A DNA stretch of 64,000 bases, taken from Schizochytrium sp. TIO01. Lineage: Eukaryota; Protista; Bigyra: Labyrinthulomycetes. Positions within the stretch are counted from its first letter, which is position 1. Every line of letters starts with the position of its first letter. A program made the translations under genes and the position numbers. The stretch lies in assembly GCA_004764695.1 (NCBI GenBank), contig SMSO01000025.1, forward strand, positions 1,550,001-1,614,000. The letters are read 5' to 3'. Positions 28,401 to 40,448 of the stretch are shown here, piece by piece. The notes beneath the pieces were generated by a model. The model was not told where the DNA came from, ran no database searches, and saw nothing but the letters and a program-made list of their open reading frames with translations.

Positions 28401-31400
28401 GATCTGTCATAGGAAACAGCTTCTTGGTCTCATGTATAGCTTAACTTTGTACTTTTCGTGCCTAGCATACGCTTTGGGATTTTGGTGCAACCAAATATAT
28501 GACAGCATCTTGAAACTATCACTTGTTGTTGTTGTTTGACCAGCGCATGTCAAATGAAACAATATTTGAAACAGGGCAGCTTGGGATTTGCCTGAAGGGC
28601 CCTGAGCAAAGGTGTTTCTATCAATTCCCATTCTACAATTATGCCCCTTGTCTGACAACAGAAAGAGCAACGAAAGCTGACGCCACACAGTTCAAAGTTT
28701 TTATTTGAATGGTAATCGATAGTATGGGTCGTACTAGATCTTAAACGGTTTCGAGGTACAGGACATTTAGTACGAAATCAAACACAATATTGACTAAGAT
28801 TCTAGCTAGTGCTAGGACAGTTGATTGTTTTTGACAATAAGTATTATGAGAATCGGTATGAGAATATATTCTTCAATGAATAAAATGGAACAATAAATTA
28901 AACATCTTCTACAGACGTGACTCGATTATTAGAAAGACATGAACTTCATATATAAGGTCTATAGATTTATTTCTAAACATCATCTTGTCTCTAATCTTTT
29001 TGTAAGGCTGCTGGCTCGAAGAATCAATGCTGACAGGGCATCCAGAAAGTCCAATCCTACATAGACCAAGTATGCGATCTAAATGTTATTTGGGTGCAGT
29101 GGCTAACTACAGATTCACCTTCTATTACTAGCACACCATTGTCAATGATTTTTTCTATAAACAGAACTTTATGTTCCAAAGCTATACTACTGAGAAAAGA
29201 AACAGTAGGGAAAAAGTTGCTCAACCTGGTGAATATTCTTCCAAATAATTATGAGCATATTTTCTCTTAATCGAATGGCTGAGGTACGATTGGCAATTTT
29301 CCTTTGCGATATATTTAACTTTTCAGCCTTAGGCGTGGAGCTTTACAAGTTTGTTTTCTTAATGTTTAAAATTTTTGATCAGTAATTAGGCCTGCTTTCG
29401 CTCCAAAAAGAGACACTCGGGACTTTGCATATAATCTCAAATACTTAAAAGGCATGTTTTTATCTTAAGCAACTTATTCTGATCACGCTTTATGACAACA
29501 AGAGGGAGAGAAGAGGCGCCAAGGCGACAAATCAACACCCGATTTTTAAGATTTCCTATTTTGCAGCTCGGGAATTCAGATTCTAAAACTCCGCAATTTG
29601 CAAGAAATGCGTAACCTCATCTCCGAATTCTAACCCTCTATCCTAAGCACCTTGCTTCCGATCTGGCTATTAAGAATGGGAAAACAAGTTTTAGTCTTAA
29701 AACGTTCTGTTTAGAAGAGTAAGAACTGGTCGGCGTCCCAAAAAATTCTACAGTTTTACTCAAGATTGATTAACATTTAGAGCCATCTATAAAAACATAA
29801 TCAATTTATTAATGCCGTATTCGACTTTTGAATAAACGCGTAATGCATTTAATTTATCAAAAACCAAGAGGTTTTATACAACAATTAAAAAAATGCATCA
29901 ACTTTTTCTTGCTAGGAATAGCGAGCATTTCTTGACCATAGTTGACGTAGGAAAAGGCTGAAAATTATTGTTCGAGTCATTGAAAGTATAAACTTATTAT
30001 TTTTAAATAATGAATTTGAAGTACTGGTCTGTTTTGTATTAGATAGAGTGGAAATGTGTATAGTATTATGCTAAATGCTCAGTCGATATAATGTTGCAAC
30101 ATGTGCATTAGCGTGATTATAGTAATATTGATTGACTACAAGTGTATCATATGTTTTACGGGGGGGGCGATATTAGCAATTACAACAGTTAGTCTACCTA
30201 ACCTTATGAAGGTCTTGGACGCTCCAACTCACGCCGTATGCGTCTGATCGGTTTATGAGAGATTCTTTAGTGTCACTTGGTGCTTCGAGCTCGTAAAATG
30301 CTAGACCCATGAGCTCATGGAGAGCTTGGCATCTCATCTGGAAAGATCGTGTTCTTCGAAAATATGCAAGAAATAGTCATTTTCATGATCCCAAATTGAG
30401 GATTAATGCTGCATAAAAATTTAGGCTACTTATTTCCAGGAGCTGATGAACTGAATTCGCAGGTTTACTGAGGCAGTCTATATAAGATGAAGCTGTGGCA
30501 GCAAACATTTTCATAAGAGAATTCCAGATTTCTTAATCATAATGTAAGAATATGGCCTTTGATTAAAGTGAGCGGCAAAAAGTGAGGACTGAGTCTAGTT
30601 TCTTGAAACTCTTTTTGCCCCTTCAGCTCAAGATCAAGGTGCAACGTTGGGCTCCGCATTTTTAAAAGTCTTCGATTCTAATCTACAATCTGATTTTGTT
30701 CCAAATATAAACATATACTCAAACTCGTAAACTTTCGCCTTTCGAGACGGTGCAGAACGACTCGTCCATTTTACTTTCCCCGCCTGCTTGCTTTCATGAC
30801 ATTCTAATTCACACATTATCAATGATTCGAGTTCCCCCTTGGACCACAGTCTAATTGTATCTATCTTTGAACTAGCCGAGTTGAAACCAGATTTTAAATG
30901 ACATGAGAGTAGGAATTTTGGAGAGTAGAAAACTGAGGAGGCACAGTTCTTCATCTGATTATCAAATGTTGAACACGTGCATATATTCTCAATTCTTCGC
31001 AAACATGTTAAAGTAAAGGCGTTCTAATGGTTAAATGAAGGCACATGTTTCTTCTGTTCTTGTGCTGCAGTGAGGAGGTAAAAGAGATAAGGTCATAGAA
31101 GTTCTTTTTGTTACCCCCTTCTTATCTTTAAAGAACTCATTGAAACACCTCTATTGGCAACACTCATACCTATTTCAACAGCAAGGTAATAAAAAACATT
31201 TAACTTTTAATTTAAAATAAATTCTTTTAATTTAAAAGCTCATGCTAGGGACCGATCAATATTCTCTTTGATGCAAATTGAGTTTGCAGAATGATGGATC
31301 GATCATCAAAGCGGAACACCCTTTTTTTAACATAACTCCCATAGTTTAAGGCAACTCCAGTATAAAATTTTTAAAGATCATATTTATTTTTATTTGTTTT

Positions 31401-33938
31401 TGCAAGGTATATCTGTATTTGGTATTGGCAATTCAGTCTTATTTCTAGCTAGTGATATATATGTAAAGGAACCTCAAGGAATTCAACCAAAGCACTTAGG
31501 GATTTACTTTATTCTCCAAAGGGTTATCCCTCTCCTATCTTTGTTTTTTTTGGTCTTTTTTCAGCTTGCTTCGGTTTGCCTCCAGTGTATTCTCTGTCTG
31601 AGCCAGCCTTCAAATTCACAAGTTTTCAATAACTTCAAGGCTAAAAGGTAAAAGCTAGTTACAATTTTTTATTATTTATCAGCTCTAAGAGTTGGACATA
31701 TCAAGAGGAAAACTCACACAGGTTCCCGGACCATAAAACCTACGTACTTTGAATACTTGTGTCTTTGCAGACAGTATTTTGCTTTGCAACAAACCTTTAT
31801 CTCTGCCGTTGAGCACACCAAAACTACAAATCAAGCTTCATAAATATGCTATTCTATGCTACCATGTACCGCACTGTTTCAGACCAACCAAGTCCGAAAA
31901 TAGACTCCCTGACATCCTCTCTTTTGCTAAAGTGAGCATCACCCTTACTCTACCTACGGTTCTCTTCCATGAATTAATACAGATCGGACACGGAGGAAGC
32001 AAACTACCATACCTATAGCACATCAAGCGCTAATAAAATCAGCGAGAATACTCTCTGGGGACTTACTTTAAACATGTTAATTGTACAAACCGCTTGGCAA
32101 AACGACGTAAGAGCTGGCTCATTGCGTTGTTGGCGTTCGTGGATTGTGTTTTCCTCTCTACGAAATTATTTTCATCAGTGCTTGATAACAGAAAACAAAA
32201 TCAAAACGTGAATCAATTACCAAATAGCAATTACGCACTAATTTCCAAAGGCGACCTGTGTATAACCTGAAACAACTGCTACCTTTAGTACAATATTGCA
32301 TTTCAAGTGTTTCATTTCCATTTCTTCTTTGTCTTCTTTCACAGTGCACTTTTCCTTTTATTAATATGACTACTATGACTCCTTTACTTAACAGGGGCCT
32401 AGTACTTAGATCTATTGTATAGAAGGAAAAAGTTTTGTTTTTAAAAAGGAAATGAAGCAATCGCATTTTGAACTCGCTCTTAGCAACCATCACAACACGA
32501 TGTTCCAGGAATAAAGCAACCGGCCAGTCAACTTTAAGGAAACGCAATCAATCGAGGCGTCTTAGAGTGGCTTTACTTCACTGCCACTCAGGACTACCTA
32601 GAGCAAATGCACTGGCAGTAATTTGATTGTTCATAGTTTCAAATATTGATGTCATCAAAAAAGAGGTTATACCTTAGAAATGAGTATGTCTGGCAATGGC
32701 ACATCTTAGAACACAATAGACTTTTGGATTATACATGCGGAGATATACGTAAATCAAAGAGAAGGAATACACTCAATCTTGATTCGTCTGGAAGGGAGCT
32801 TATAATTTGGCTTAAAAGAAAAGAAAACAAGAATTTAAAAAAAAAAAAAAACAGTTGTACATATGATTGATCAAAAGGCCGGAAAAAAGACACCTTGAAA
32901 TATGATCAGAGTTTGAAATTCATTGTCTAAAAGCTTCTTGTTTAATAATACACTAAATTTGCAAAATGGAATCACGCTCTTCTTTATAATGGTTTGATTG
33001 GAATTCCCCATTTACATTTGAACTCTTCAGGATTGTTCATGCTACAACCTTGCCCTACCTCTTGCTAATCAATGCAGGTAGTAAAAGAGTAGTTTAATTT
33101 TTCATACTGTGTCAATTGAAAAGTATTCGAGCTTAGTTGAGCCTTAATTGATATGATCTCCAATAATTGCTTCAGGCAAACGAAAATTGGCCTGCTCATG
33201 ATTTCACAAAACACAAATAGCAATCAAGAATTCTACAACAATCCTAATGACCATAAAGGGAAAATGAAATACAAAGTAAAGGAAATTATGTATTTGATTC
33301 GGTTTCTTCAAACGAGCTGCCGGATCGAATTAGTTTTGTGTAATCAGCAATCGTGCAGTCAGAAGCAGAGTGGTTTGTCTTTTGCAAGATTCGCAGATGC
33401 AAGTATGTGCAAAACATAAGGTAGAGTTTTAAATCCGCAGCTTGATCAATTAAACGAGCAATCCTTTGATCTGTGTAAGGCGTCACGATTACACGTCCAT
33501 CCATCGCGGATCATAGTTTTCATTAGATACAGTGCTTCAGACAACAATAGACCCAGCCTTGTCAGTCCTGACCTTCGTCCAGGTGGCGGACTGCAGTGAG
33601 TACCTAATAGTAGTGGTATCTTTCGTCTTGTGCGTAGGTAGACTAATATAGTAAATCCTTGGTAGACCGGTAGGACTACCCTACCAAGGTACCCAACTAA
33701 AAGCTCAGGAGCGGAATTGTGGGAATTGCACTAAATCCGTAGGTAGATAAATAAATAGATAGATTGATAGATAGATAGATGTAAATAAATCTTCAGAAGA
33801 CTGTGAAGGTGAAGTACAACAAGTTTAGGCCAGCATTAAGAGCATTGCCCCGGTTGTCACGAGCTCAAAGTAGCGGGTAAAACCGATTTGAGTTTTTGGT
33901 TGCAGTGGTTTGGAGTAAAGTACGAAGATCGTTGTAAG

Positions 33939-36050
33939 ATGCAAGAAGACCAAAGCAAAGGTCAAGATGCGGCTCGCCGCGTAGCGACTCTGAGAGGCCA
34001 TTTGGTTATGAAGAAGTCAGACTCTGGCCTCGATACGTGCGTGCAAGGCGTCGAAGTACAGGAAACTCGGTCTATTTCTGCGTATATTGGTGATGCGTGG
34101 AGTATGGCTACTGAAAACGTTGCCATGACCGAGAGGCATGGTGGAGATCTCGTCGCAGAGGTGCTTAAGGCTCATGACGTAGATTTCATCTTCTGCCTTT
34201 CTGGAGGCCATATCAGTCCTTTCCTGGTAAGCTCCAAGCGCAAGGGGATCCGTATTATCGATGTTCGTCATGAAGTGAACGCCGTCTTCGCTGCTGATGC
34301 TGTCTCAAGACTGTCAGGACGCCCGGGTGTGGCAGCTGTGACAGCTGGGCCTGGTGTTACCAATACAGTGACTGCTCTCAAGAATGCCGCAATGGCGCAA
34401 AGTCCTCTCGTTCTACTTGGTGGAGCTGCAGCCACCCTCATGCAAGGCCGTGGTGCTCTCCAAGATATTGACCATTTATCATTTTTGCGTCCAATCTGCA
34501 AATGGGTCGCATCCGCAAGAACGGTTCGAGACATCGTTCCACTCTTGCGCCGTGCGTTTCAAGAGGCCATGTCTGGTGTTCCAGGGCCCGTTTTCGTTGA
34601 GTTGCCACTCGACGTTCTGTATTCTGTCTTAGAGATGCTCCCTCAGGGTGGATCCCACGAGCGTGTGCGAACTCGCGATGTTCAGGCCAAAGACTTTGAA
34701 CGTGTTCTCGTGCCGCGCGAAGCACAAGCTGCTGGTATGGACGCAAAGTCCTTTGTGGCCTCCCGACCGCCTGATGCTCCAATTTTCCTCGCTCAACCAG
34801 AATCAAAATTGCCGAATTTCGCAACTCGTACTATTTTTGGGCTCCTCAAAGCAAAGCTTCATGCTGGAGCCCATGACAAAGATTACGACTTCTCACCGCT
34901 GCCAATCGCCTACCCGACACCTAATGCTGGAGATGTTTCGAAGGTTGCTGAGAAACTTCGCAAAGCCCAGCGACCTGTGTTCGTTCTGCAATCGCAATGC
35001 ATGCTTCATGGCCTTGAAGGCGCCAAGAAGCTGGCTGCTCAGTTAGAGCAGCTCGGGGTCCCATGCTATTTGGGTGGAATGACCCGCGGTCTTTTGGGTC
35101 GCCATAGCCAAGTCCATGTGCGACAGAGTCGAGGCAAGGCTTTGCAGGATGCAGATCTGATCTGCCTCTTTGGTCTCAGTGTTGATTTCCGTCTTAACTA
35201 TGGTCGATCACTCCCTTCGCGTGGTGTCGTCCATGTTAACCGCTCACCGGAAGAGCAAAAGCTGAATACAGACCTCTTTTGGACACCTGAGATTGCTGCG
35301 TTATCTGATCCAGCTCTTTTCATTGAGGCCCTTGTCAAGGAACTTGGCCAGAGTATGCCTAGAGCGCGTATTGCATCGTGGACGACAACGCTTCGTGACC
35401 GAGATGCTAAAATCGAGCAAGGCAACGCAGCAAAGGCGGCAGCGCCTGCCCTGGGTCGTAACGCTAAGAACGGTCAACGTCTTGTGAACCCTATCCAGCT
35501 TTTTCATGACCTCGATGAAGTTCTTGGGGATAACGCTATCCTCGTTGCTGATGGTGGTGACTTTGTAGCTACTGGAAGTTATGTTTTGCGCCCACCGGGA
35601 CCACTCTCTTGGCTAGACCCTGGTGCATTTGGTACGTTGGGTGTTGGTGGAGGATTTGCACTCGGCGCGGCGCTCCTATATCCCGAAAAGGATGTCTGGA
35701 TTATCTGGGGAGATGGCTCCACTGGCTATTCACTCCTTGAGTTTGACACTTTCAATCGCCACAACGTTAACGTTCTGGCGCTAGTTGGTAACGACGCATG
35801 CTGGACCCAAATTGAACGAGAACAAGTTCCAATGTTCCAAGATGACGTCTCCACAATCCTCGATTACGTTGATTATGACAAGGCTGCGGAAGGTCTTGGT
35901 GGACGTGGACTGCGAATTGATTCCCCTGAAGAGGATACCAAGGCGATTCTTCGCGAAGCACAACGTATTGCTCATGAGGAAAACAAACCAGTCCTGATCA
36001 ATGCTCACATAGGCCGGACAGACTTTCGCGAGGGCTCTCTTTCGGTATAA
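33939..36050 (+). CDS. ILVBL: ThDP-dependent 2-hydroxyacyl-CoA lyase 2 / acetolactate-synthase-like protein with predicted PTS2
   Basis: [27 protein letters not shown] (catalytic Glu), [28 protein letters not shown], ThDP motif GDG...GND, and the ILVBL-type C-terminus [10 protein letters not shown]. First ATG is at 33939 (track start is TTG). Confidence 0.92.
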   Translation: MQEDQSKGQDAARRVATLRGHLVMKKSDSGLDTCVQGVEVQETRSISAYIGDAWSMATENVAMTERHGGDLVAEVLKAHDVDFIFCLSGGHISPFLVSSKRKGIRIIDVRHEVNAVFAADAVSRLSGRPGVAAVTAGPGVTNTVTALKNAAMAQSPLVLLGGAAATLMQGRGALQDIDHLSFLRPICKWVASARTVRDIVPLLRRAFQEAMSGVPGPVFVELPLDVLYSVLEMLPQGGSHERVRTRDVQAKDFERVLVPREAQAAGMDAKSFVASRPPDAPIFLAQPESKLPNFATRTIFGLLKAKLHAGAHDKDYDFSPLPIAYPTPNAGDVSKVAEKLRKAQRPVFVLQSQCMLHGLEGAKKLAAQLEQLGVPCYLGGMTRGLLGRHSQVHVRQSRGKALQDADLICLFGLSVDFRLNYGRSLPSRGVVHVNRSPEEQKLNTDLFWTPEIAALSDPALFIEALVKELGQSMPRARIASWTTTLRDRDAKIEQGNAAKAAAPALGRNAKNGQRLVNPIQLFHDLDEVLGDNAILVADGGDFVATGSYVLRPPGPLSWLDPGAFGTLGVGGGFALGAALLYPEKDVWIIWGDGSTGYSLLEFDTFNRHNVNVLALVGNDACWTQIEREQVPMFQDDVSTILDYVDYDKAAEGLGGRGLRIDSPEEDTKAILREAQRIAHEENKPVLINAHIGRTDFREGSLSV

Positions 36051-36495
36051 GATTCAGGTTTTCCTAATTAAAGATTTAATAACTGTTCATATGATCATTT
36101 TTTTTTAATTTTAGACACAATTTTGCTTGGTTCATGTGAAGTTCCTTGAAGGCGAAAACGAAAATCCACTAAATCAAAAGCTTGCATGTGTAAAACAAAT
36201 AAAAAATGTGGGTTTATCTAATAAAGGAAATGTGCTTTCGCACTGAGTCGCATTTAAGCTACCATAATTGTGTCATATCTCATATATGTAGAAATATGGT
36301 CTTTGATGACTCCCCTCTGAGTCCTCAACGGTCAACTAGGGAGTTTTGGTGCCCGGCCCTTGGAGGACCAGGAGGTCCCTCAAGCTAAAGGCCTTGGGAA
36401 AGCGCGGGATCAGAGAGCGACAGCTAAACTATTTTACTCGATAGCAGCGGGGTGAGGTTGCCTTGGAATAGCAAAGTTTGGCTGCGAAGGCCAAG

Positions 36496-39153
36496 ATGGC
36501 CAAACGTACCGATGATCTGGATGTGCGTCAAGACCGTGTCCAACAAGCGATACTGGAGTACCTCAAGCACTATGAGTTTGTACATTCTGCAGAATGCCTT
36601 GAAGCAGAGATTGAAAGAAAGACCTTGTCTGAAAAAAGTCGCGCAAGACATCCCAAGCGAAAGGATGAGCTCAGCGTCACAGATCGAATTTTGACTGCCT
36701 TTGATAAAGGTGATGAAGATGTTTTTGTCTTTCTATGGAACACAAAAGTCAGCGAACGCGATAGAGATACGGATCTTGCACGGCATATAGAGTTTGATGT
36801 CAGACTTTATATTGCAGTCTTCTATGTGCTGAGTAAAGGAACCAGTGCTGAATTAGAAACGGAAGCGCGCATGAGGAGCTTAAAAAAGTTTCTTGATACA
36901 CGAGGTCGATTCCTCTCCAAAGATCCTGCGTGCTGTTCATTCTATGCCCTTCCGTTGTGCGCAGAGCCTTATGCCCACCCTGTCTTTGCACAACTTTTCA
37001 CAGATAGTTGGCGGGATAGTATCCGTCAAAAGTTGACTGCCTTTCTTGACCTGAACGCACGTGAGGGAACTCAACCTGAGTTGTGTAACTTCTATTCTAG
37101 TAACACCCGCGGCCAAGCTCCAGCGGGAAGAATCACCAATAACATAAACAGTCAAAGAAAATTGCAAGAATGCGACTCCTTTTCAGCAGGGGAGAAGGAG
37201 TCTAAAATGCGCTCGGAGGAAAGAAATGACTACTCCTCATTTATTAAAGCCTTATATGCCACGACGATTCAGTCTGTCGAACTTTTGCACCAAACACGCC
37301 GAATGGGCGGGGATCGTGTGGCAAAACTGATCTCAGAAAAATATATGAACAAGCTCATGCGAAAGGTGCAGCACTTTGGAGACCTAATCGATGCACACCG
37401 TGAAACAGAGTTCGTCGAGTCCGACCTCTCTGTATTTACAGATATTGAGTCTCCGCGAACAGAAAATAACTCGCAGAATATAAGACAACATCCTAGTCCG
37501 CGAGATTCCCTCGGATCCATATCTCCGCGAAGTGTCGATCGAGACAATGAAAGGAACCCAGCTCGTAGCAGTGGGGATCAAGAGGATTATCCCAGTGATG
37601 AGACAAAGCTTAGCTTACCACGTGAAGCACTATCTCCTGAGCGACCTATTCATGGTGCCAAGTCACCTCAGAGTCCAAAGGTAAGGAGAAGTTTCCAGGT
37701 TGCTTTGGAAAGCCCAGTGATGGCTCCCCTTGACTTTCAATTGATCAAAAGCGATCTCGACCAGCTCGCAGACAGAGCTAGCCGGGAACCAATGGCGATA
37801 AAGCAAGGGTGTTTTGTGCTGCAAGCTCTTCGTTGGAGAATCAGTAGAAATCCAAATGCGCAACGTCGAGCCCATGCTATTTCAATTTATATTGAGCATG
37901 ACTTACTTGGAATTCGAGTTGGAGATGGTGAACGAACTTTGCTCAAAGCGCTGCTTACTAGTGATGCGCCAAATCTGGTTGAGTATACGATTCGCCTGTT
38001 ATCTTATATTGCTATTGGCCATGCTGGGCGCACTTATTTGATGAATGCCAAAGATATTGTGCTCATGGGAGCTTGGAACATTTTAAACGTTTGCAAATGG
38101 AAATTTCCTCGCGAGAACTCATCATCACCAGAGGCTGCACTCTGCCTTTTACAGAGGCTTAGTCTTGAACCTAGCTGTTCTGCAGCTATCCACGAGCTCC
38201 CTCTGTCACTCGGGGGCGCTGCGCCAAGCAAAACCTCAATTGTAGCATTTTTAGTGGATATATTAAGCCATGCACAGCGGCGTGGTGAATTCATCAATGA
38301 ACATATTGCTGCTCTGGCCTTAAATTTGAGCATTGTGGGAGTATCAGCGCAGTATGTGGAGCGGGAAGAAGATTGTCTCCTTAGCTTAGAAGCAGTATTG
38401 GCAGAACCATCGTTCGATTATCTTCACCAGTACGCTGTTGGTATCTACTTTGCTCTTCTCCGCTCCCCTAAAGCGCGTGCAGCTCTCTGCAACCAAGATG
38501 GTCCTCATTTTGCAATGGTTCAAGATCTGATTAATGCCAGTGCTACTGTGGATCGAGAGGTCCGGCAGCAACTTCTCTATATCATAGAGCTCGTAGAGTC
38601 GGATCAGATTGAACAGGCACTTCAAGCAGAAGAAAAAGAGCAGCAGGATATTGAACTTCAAGAATCGAAGGAAAACGACGCAGCGGGAAAATCCAAGGAC
38701 AATGAAGGTAACCCTATGGGATTACCTACACCTGGTGACGAAGAAGGTGGAGACATCCCGCCCGAGACAGATGTTCACGAACTAGCTGAGTACCGTGAAA
38801 GCCATGCAGCTATGGGTACCCGTCAAGGTGAAAACCTACTAGTCTATGCCTATAGCCACTTTTATGATCACTCTGAACGCAAATCCCCATCATTACGTAA
38901 GTCTCCATCTGAACCAAAGTCCCCTGTAATGAAGCTAGTTGATAGCATGCGACTTCCTGAAGAGCTCCTTTCCAAACCGCGTCTTATTTACACACCGAGT
39001 GATGTTGATTTTGACAAACCGTTTACTCTCGGAGACGAATCTGAAGCTGAGGACTCTCCACGCGATGACACTGAAAAGCTAGCTACTCAAGACCTGGAAG
39101 GAGTGCAGCCAGAACAAGGAATAGAAGGCAAGCAAACCGAGGCCGAAAAATGA
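36496..39153 (+). CDS. ARMC9: LisH domain-containing armadillo-repeat ciliary protein ARMC9
   Basis: N-terminal LisH (ILEYLKHYEFVHSAECLEAE) and ARMC9-like blocks FYALP..HPVF..LFTDSW and LQALRWRI, then ARM-like helices and an acidic tail. First ATG is at 36496. Confidence 0.85.
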   Translation: MAKRTDDLDVRQDRVQQAILEYLKHYEFVHSAECLEAEIERKTLSEKSRARHPKRKDELSVTDRILTAFDKGDEDVFVFLWNTKVSERDRDTDLARHIEFDVRLYIAVFYVLSKGTSAELETEARMRSLKKFLDTRGRFLSKDPACCSFYALPLCAEPYAHPVFAQLFTDSWRDSIRQKLTAFLDLNAREGTQPELCNFYSSNTRGQAPAGRITNNINSQRKLQECDSFSAGEKESKMRSEERNDYSSFIKALYATTIQSVELLHQTRRMGGDRVAKLISEKYMNKLMRKVQHFGDLIDAHRETEFVESDLSVFTDIESPRTENNSQNIRQHPSPRDSLGSISPRSVDRDNERNPARSSGDQEDYPSDETKLSLPREALSPERPIHGAKSPQSPKVRRSFQVALESPVMAPLDFQLIKSDLDQLADRASREPMAIKQGCFVLQALRWRISRNPNAQRRAHAISIYIEHDLLGIRVGDGERTLLKALLTSDAPNLVEYTIRLLSYIAIGHAGRTYLMNAKDIVLMGAWNILNVCKWKFPRENSSSPEAALCLLQRLSLEPSCSAAIHELPLSLGGAAPSKTSIVAFLVDILSHAQRRGEFINEHIAALALNLSIVGVSAQYVEREEDCLLSLEAVLAEPSFDYLHQYAVGIYFALLRSPKARAALCNQDGPHFAMVQDLINASATVDREVRQQLLYIIELVESDQIEQALQAEEKEQQDIELQESKENDAAGKSKDNEGNPMGLPTPGDEEGGDIPPETDVHELAEYRESHAAMGTRQGENLLVYAYSHFYDHSERKSPSLRKSPSEPKSPVMKLVDSMRLPEELLSKPRLIYTPSDVDFDKPFTLGDESEAEDSPRDDTEKLATQDLEGVQPEQGIEGKQTEAEK

Positions 39154-39371
39154 CACTGAGAATTATTACGTATAGATAATGCTTAAGACCGTAAAGTAGA
39201 ATTGTACCTTAAGTATTAAATACGATGAAAGCGTGACAAGACGGGCAGGTAAGTTTAATTTAAAAGAAGAAGAAAATTTAAATTGTGAAGTTTACATAAC
39301 GATGATCCTCTAAGAGGAAGAATCTAACAACTCGGTTATGCAAAGAAACCTATGATGCCATGTACTCTACT

Positions 39372-40448
39372 TTACAAACCGCATTTGGACATCCAGCCTC
39401 GTACGGTAGTGCTCGAAAGTGGAGCGCCAGCAGCATTATCAGTAATGGTACCTCCATTGGGTGCGAAGACCATAAGTTTGGGAATACCTGAGACCTGGAA
39501 GCGGCCCATAAGGCTCTCCCGGTCAGGAGATTCATACGGAAGAGCAAGCCATGGCATTGGTGTTCCATTGTAGTATTGGCTAAAGCTAGATGGGTCACGA
39601 TCTGCACTGATTAAGACTACCTCCACAGGAAGGCCTTCTGCTTTCATTTGATTGTACCATGGCACCATCATAGAAGTTTGCTGCCTACAGGGCCCGCACC
39701 AACCTGCCGAGAAGTAGAAGAGGACAATCTTTCCGGCAAGCGCTGAAGCCAGAGGAACGCGATCTCTGCCTCGCAAAAGAGATCCGCGAGCCCCACCAAG
39801 AAGCTGCAAAAATGAAGAATGTGTTGCCACCGTCATTACGGAGGGACTTGGGGCAGACGGAGCACTCCATGCACCATTTTGGAATACACGATACCTGAAA
39901 ACATACTCACCAGCATCGAGATTCTTCTTGCGCACAGATGTGCCCTTGAGGGAGTCGGAAAGCTGTCTCCATTCAAAGGAGTCTTCACTGCGCAGTGTTC
40001 GCATTTCTACAGCAAATTTCTCTGCTCCAGAGACCGCTGGCCACGAGACGAGCACGCCGAATTTGCCATCGTCCTGGCCCACCGGAGTGCCAGCTTGCGG
40101 TGGCGGGAGCACGCTCCCCTCAGGATTTGGTGCAAGATCCACTGGATCTGAAAATTCGCCCCAAGTGCCATCTTCTTTAGCCGCACGTACCCTGAACTGT
40201 GCTCTTGTTTTGAGTGTTTTCTTTCGAAGAAACGTGGAAGTCACGCTATCAGAGAGCGTCCTCCAGTCTCCCGAGCCATTCTCCTCAAGAACATCGACCT
40301 GATACTTAGACCCAGCATTTCGAGGTGCCCACTCCAAAGTCACACTGCCGTCAGCGCCGCGACCAAATTCTGCGATGTGCAACTGAGGGCTAATCCCGTT
40401 ATTGCCGCCCTTTGGCTTGATGTAGCAAACTCCATCCTTGCACTCCAT
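39372..40448 (-). CDS. Nucleoredoxin/tryparedoxin-like thioredoxin (WCGPC) fused to two fibronectin type III domains
   Basis: GKIVLFYFSAGWCGPC, VEVVLISADRD, MPWLALPY and VSGIPKL define the TryX/NRX fold. Two FN3-like repeats: VTLEW..YQV..FRVRA and VLVSW..FAV..FRYRV. Confidence 0.88.
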   Translation of the reverse strand: MECKDGVCYIKPKGGNNGISPQLHIAEFGRGADGSVTLEWAPRNAGSKYQVDVLEENGSGDWRTLSDSVTSTFLRKKTLKTRAQFRVRAAKEDGTWGEFSDPVDLAPNPEGSVLPPPQAGTPVGQDDGKFGVLVSWPAVSGAEKFAVEMRTLRSEDSFEWRQLSDSLKGTSVRKKNLDAGEYVFRYRVFQNGAWSAPSAPSPSVMTVATHSSFLQLLGGARGSLLRGRDRVPLASALAGKIVLFYFSAGWCGPCRQQTSMMVPWYNQMKAEGLPVEVVLISADRDPSSFSQYYNGTPMPWLALPYESPDRESLMGRFQVSGIPKLMVFAPNGGTITDNAAGAPLSSTTVRGWMSKCGL

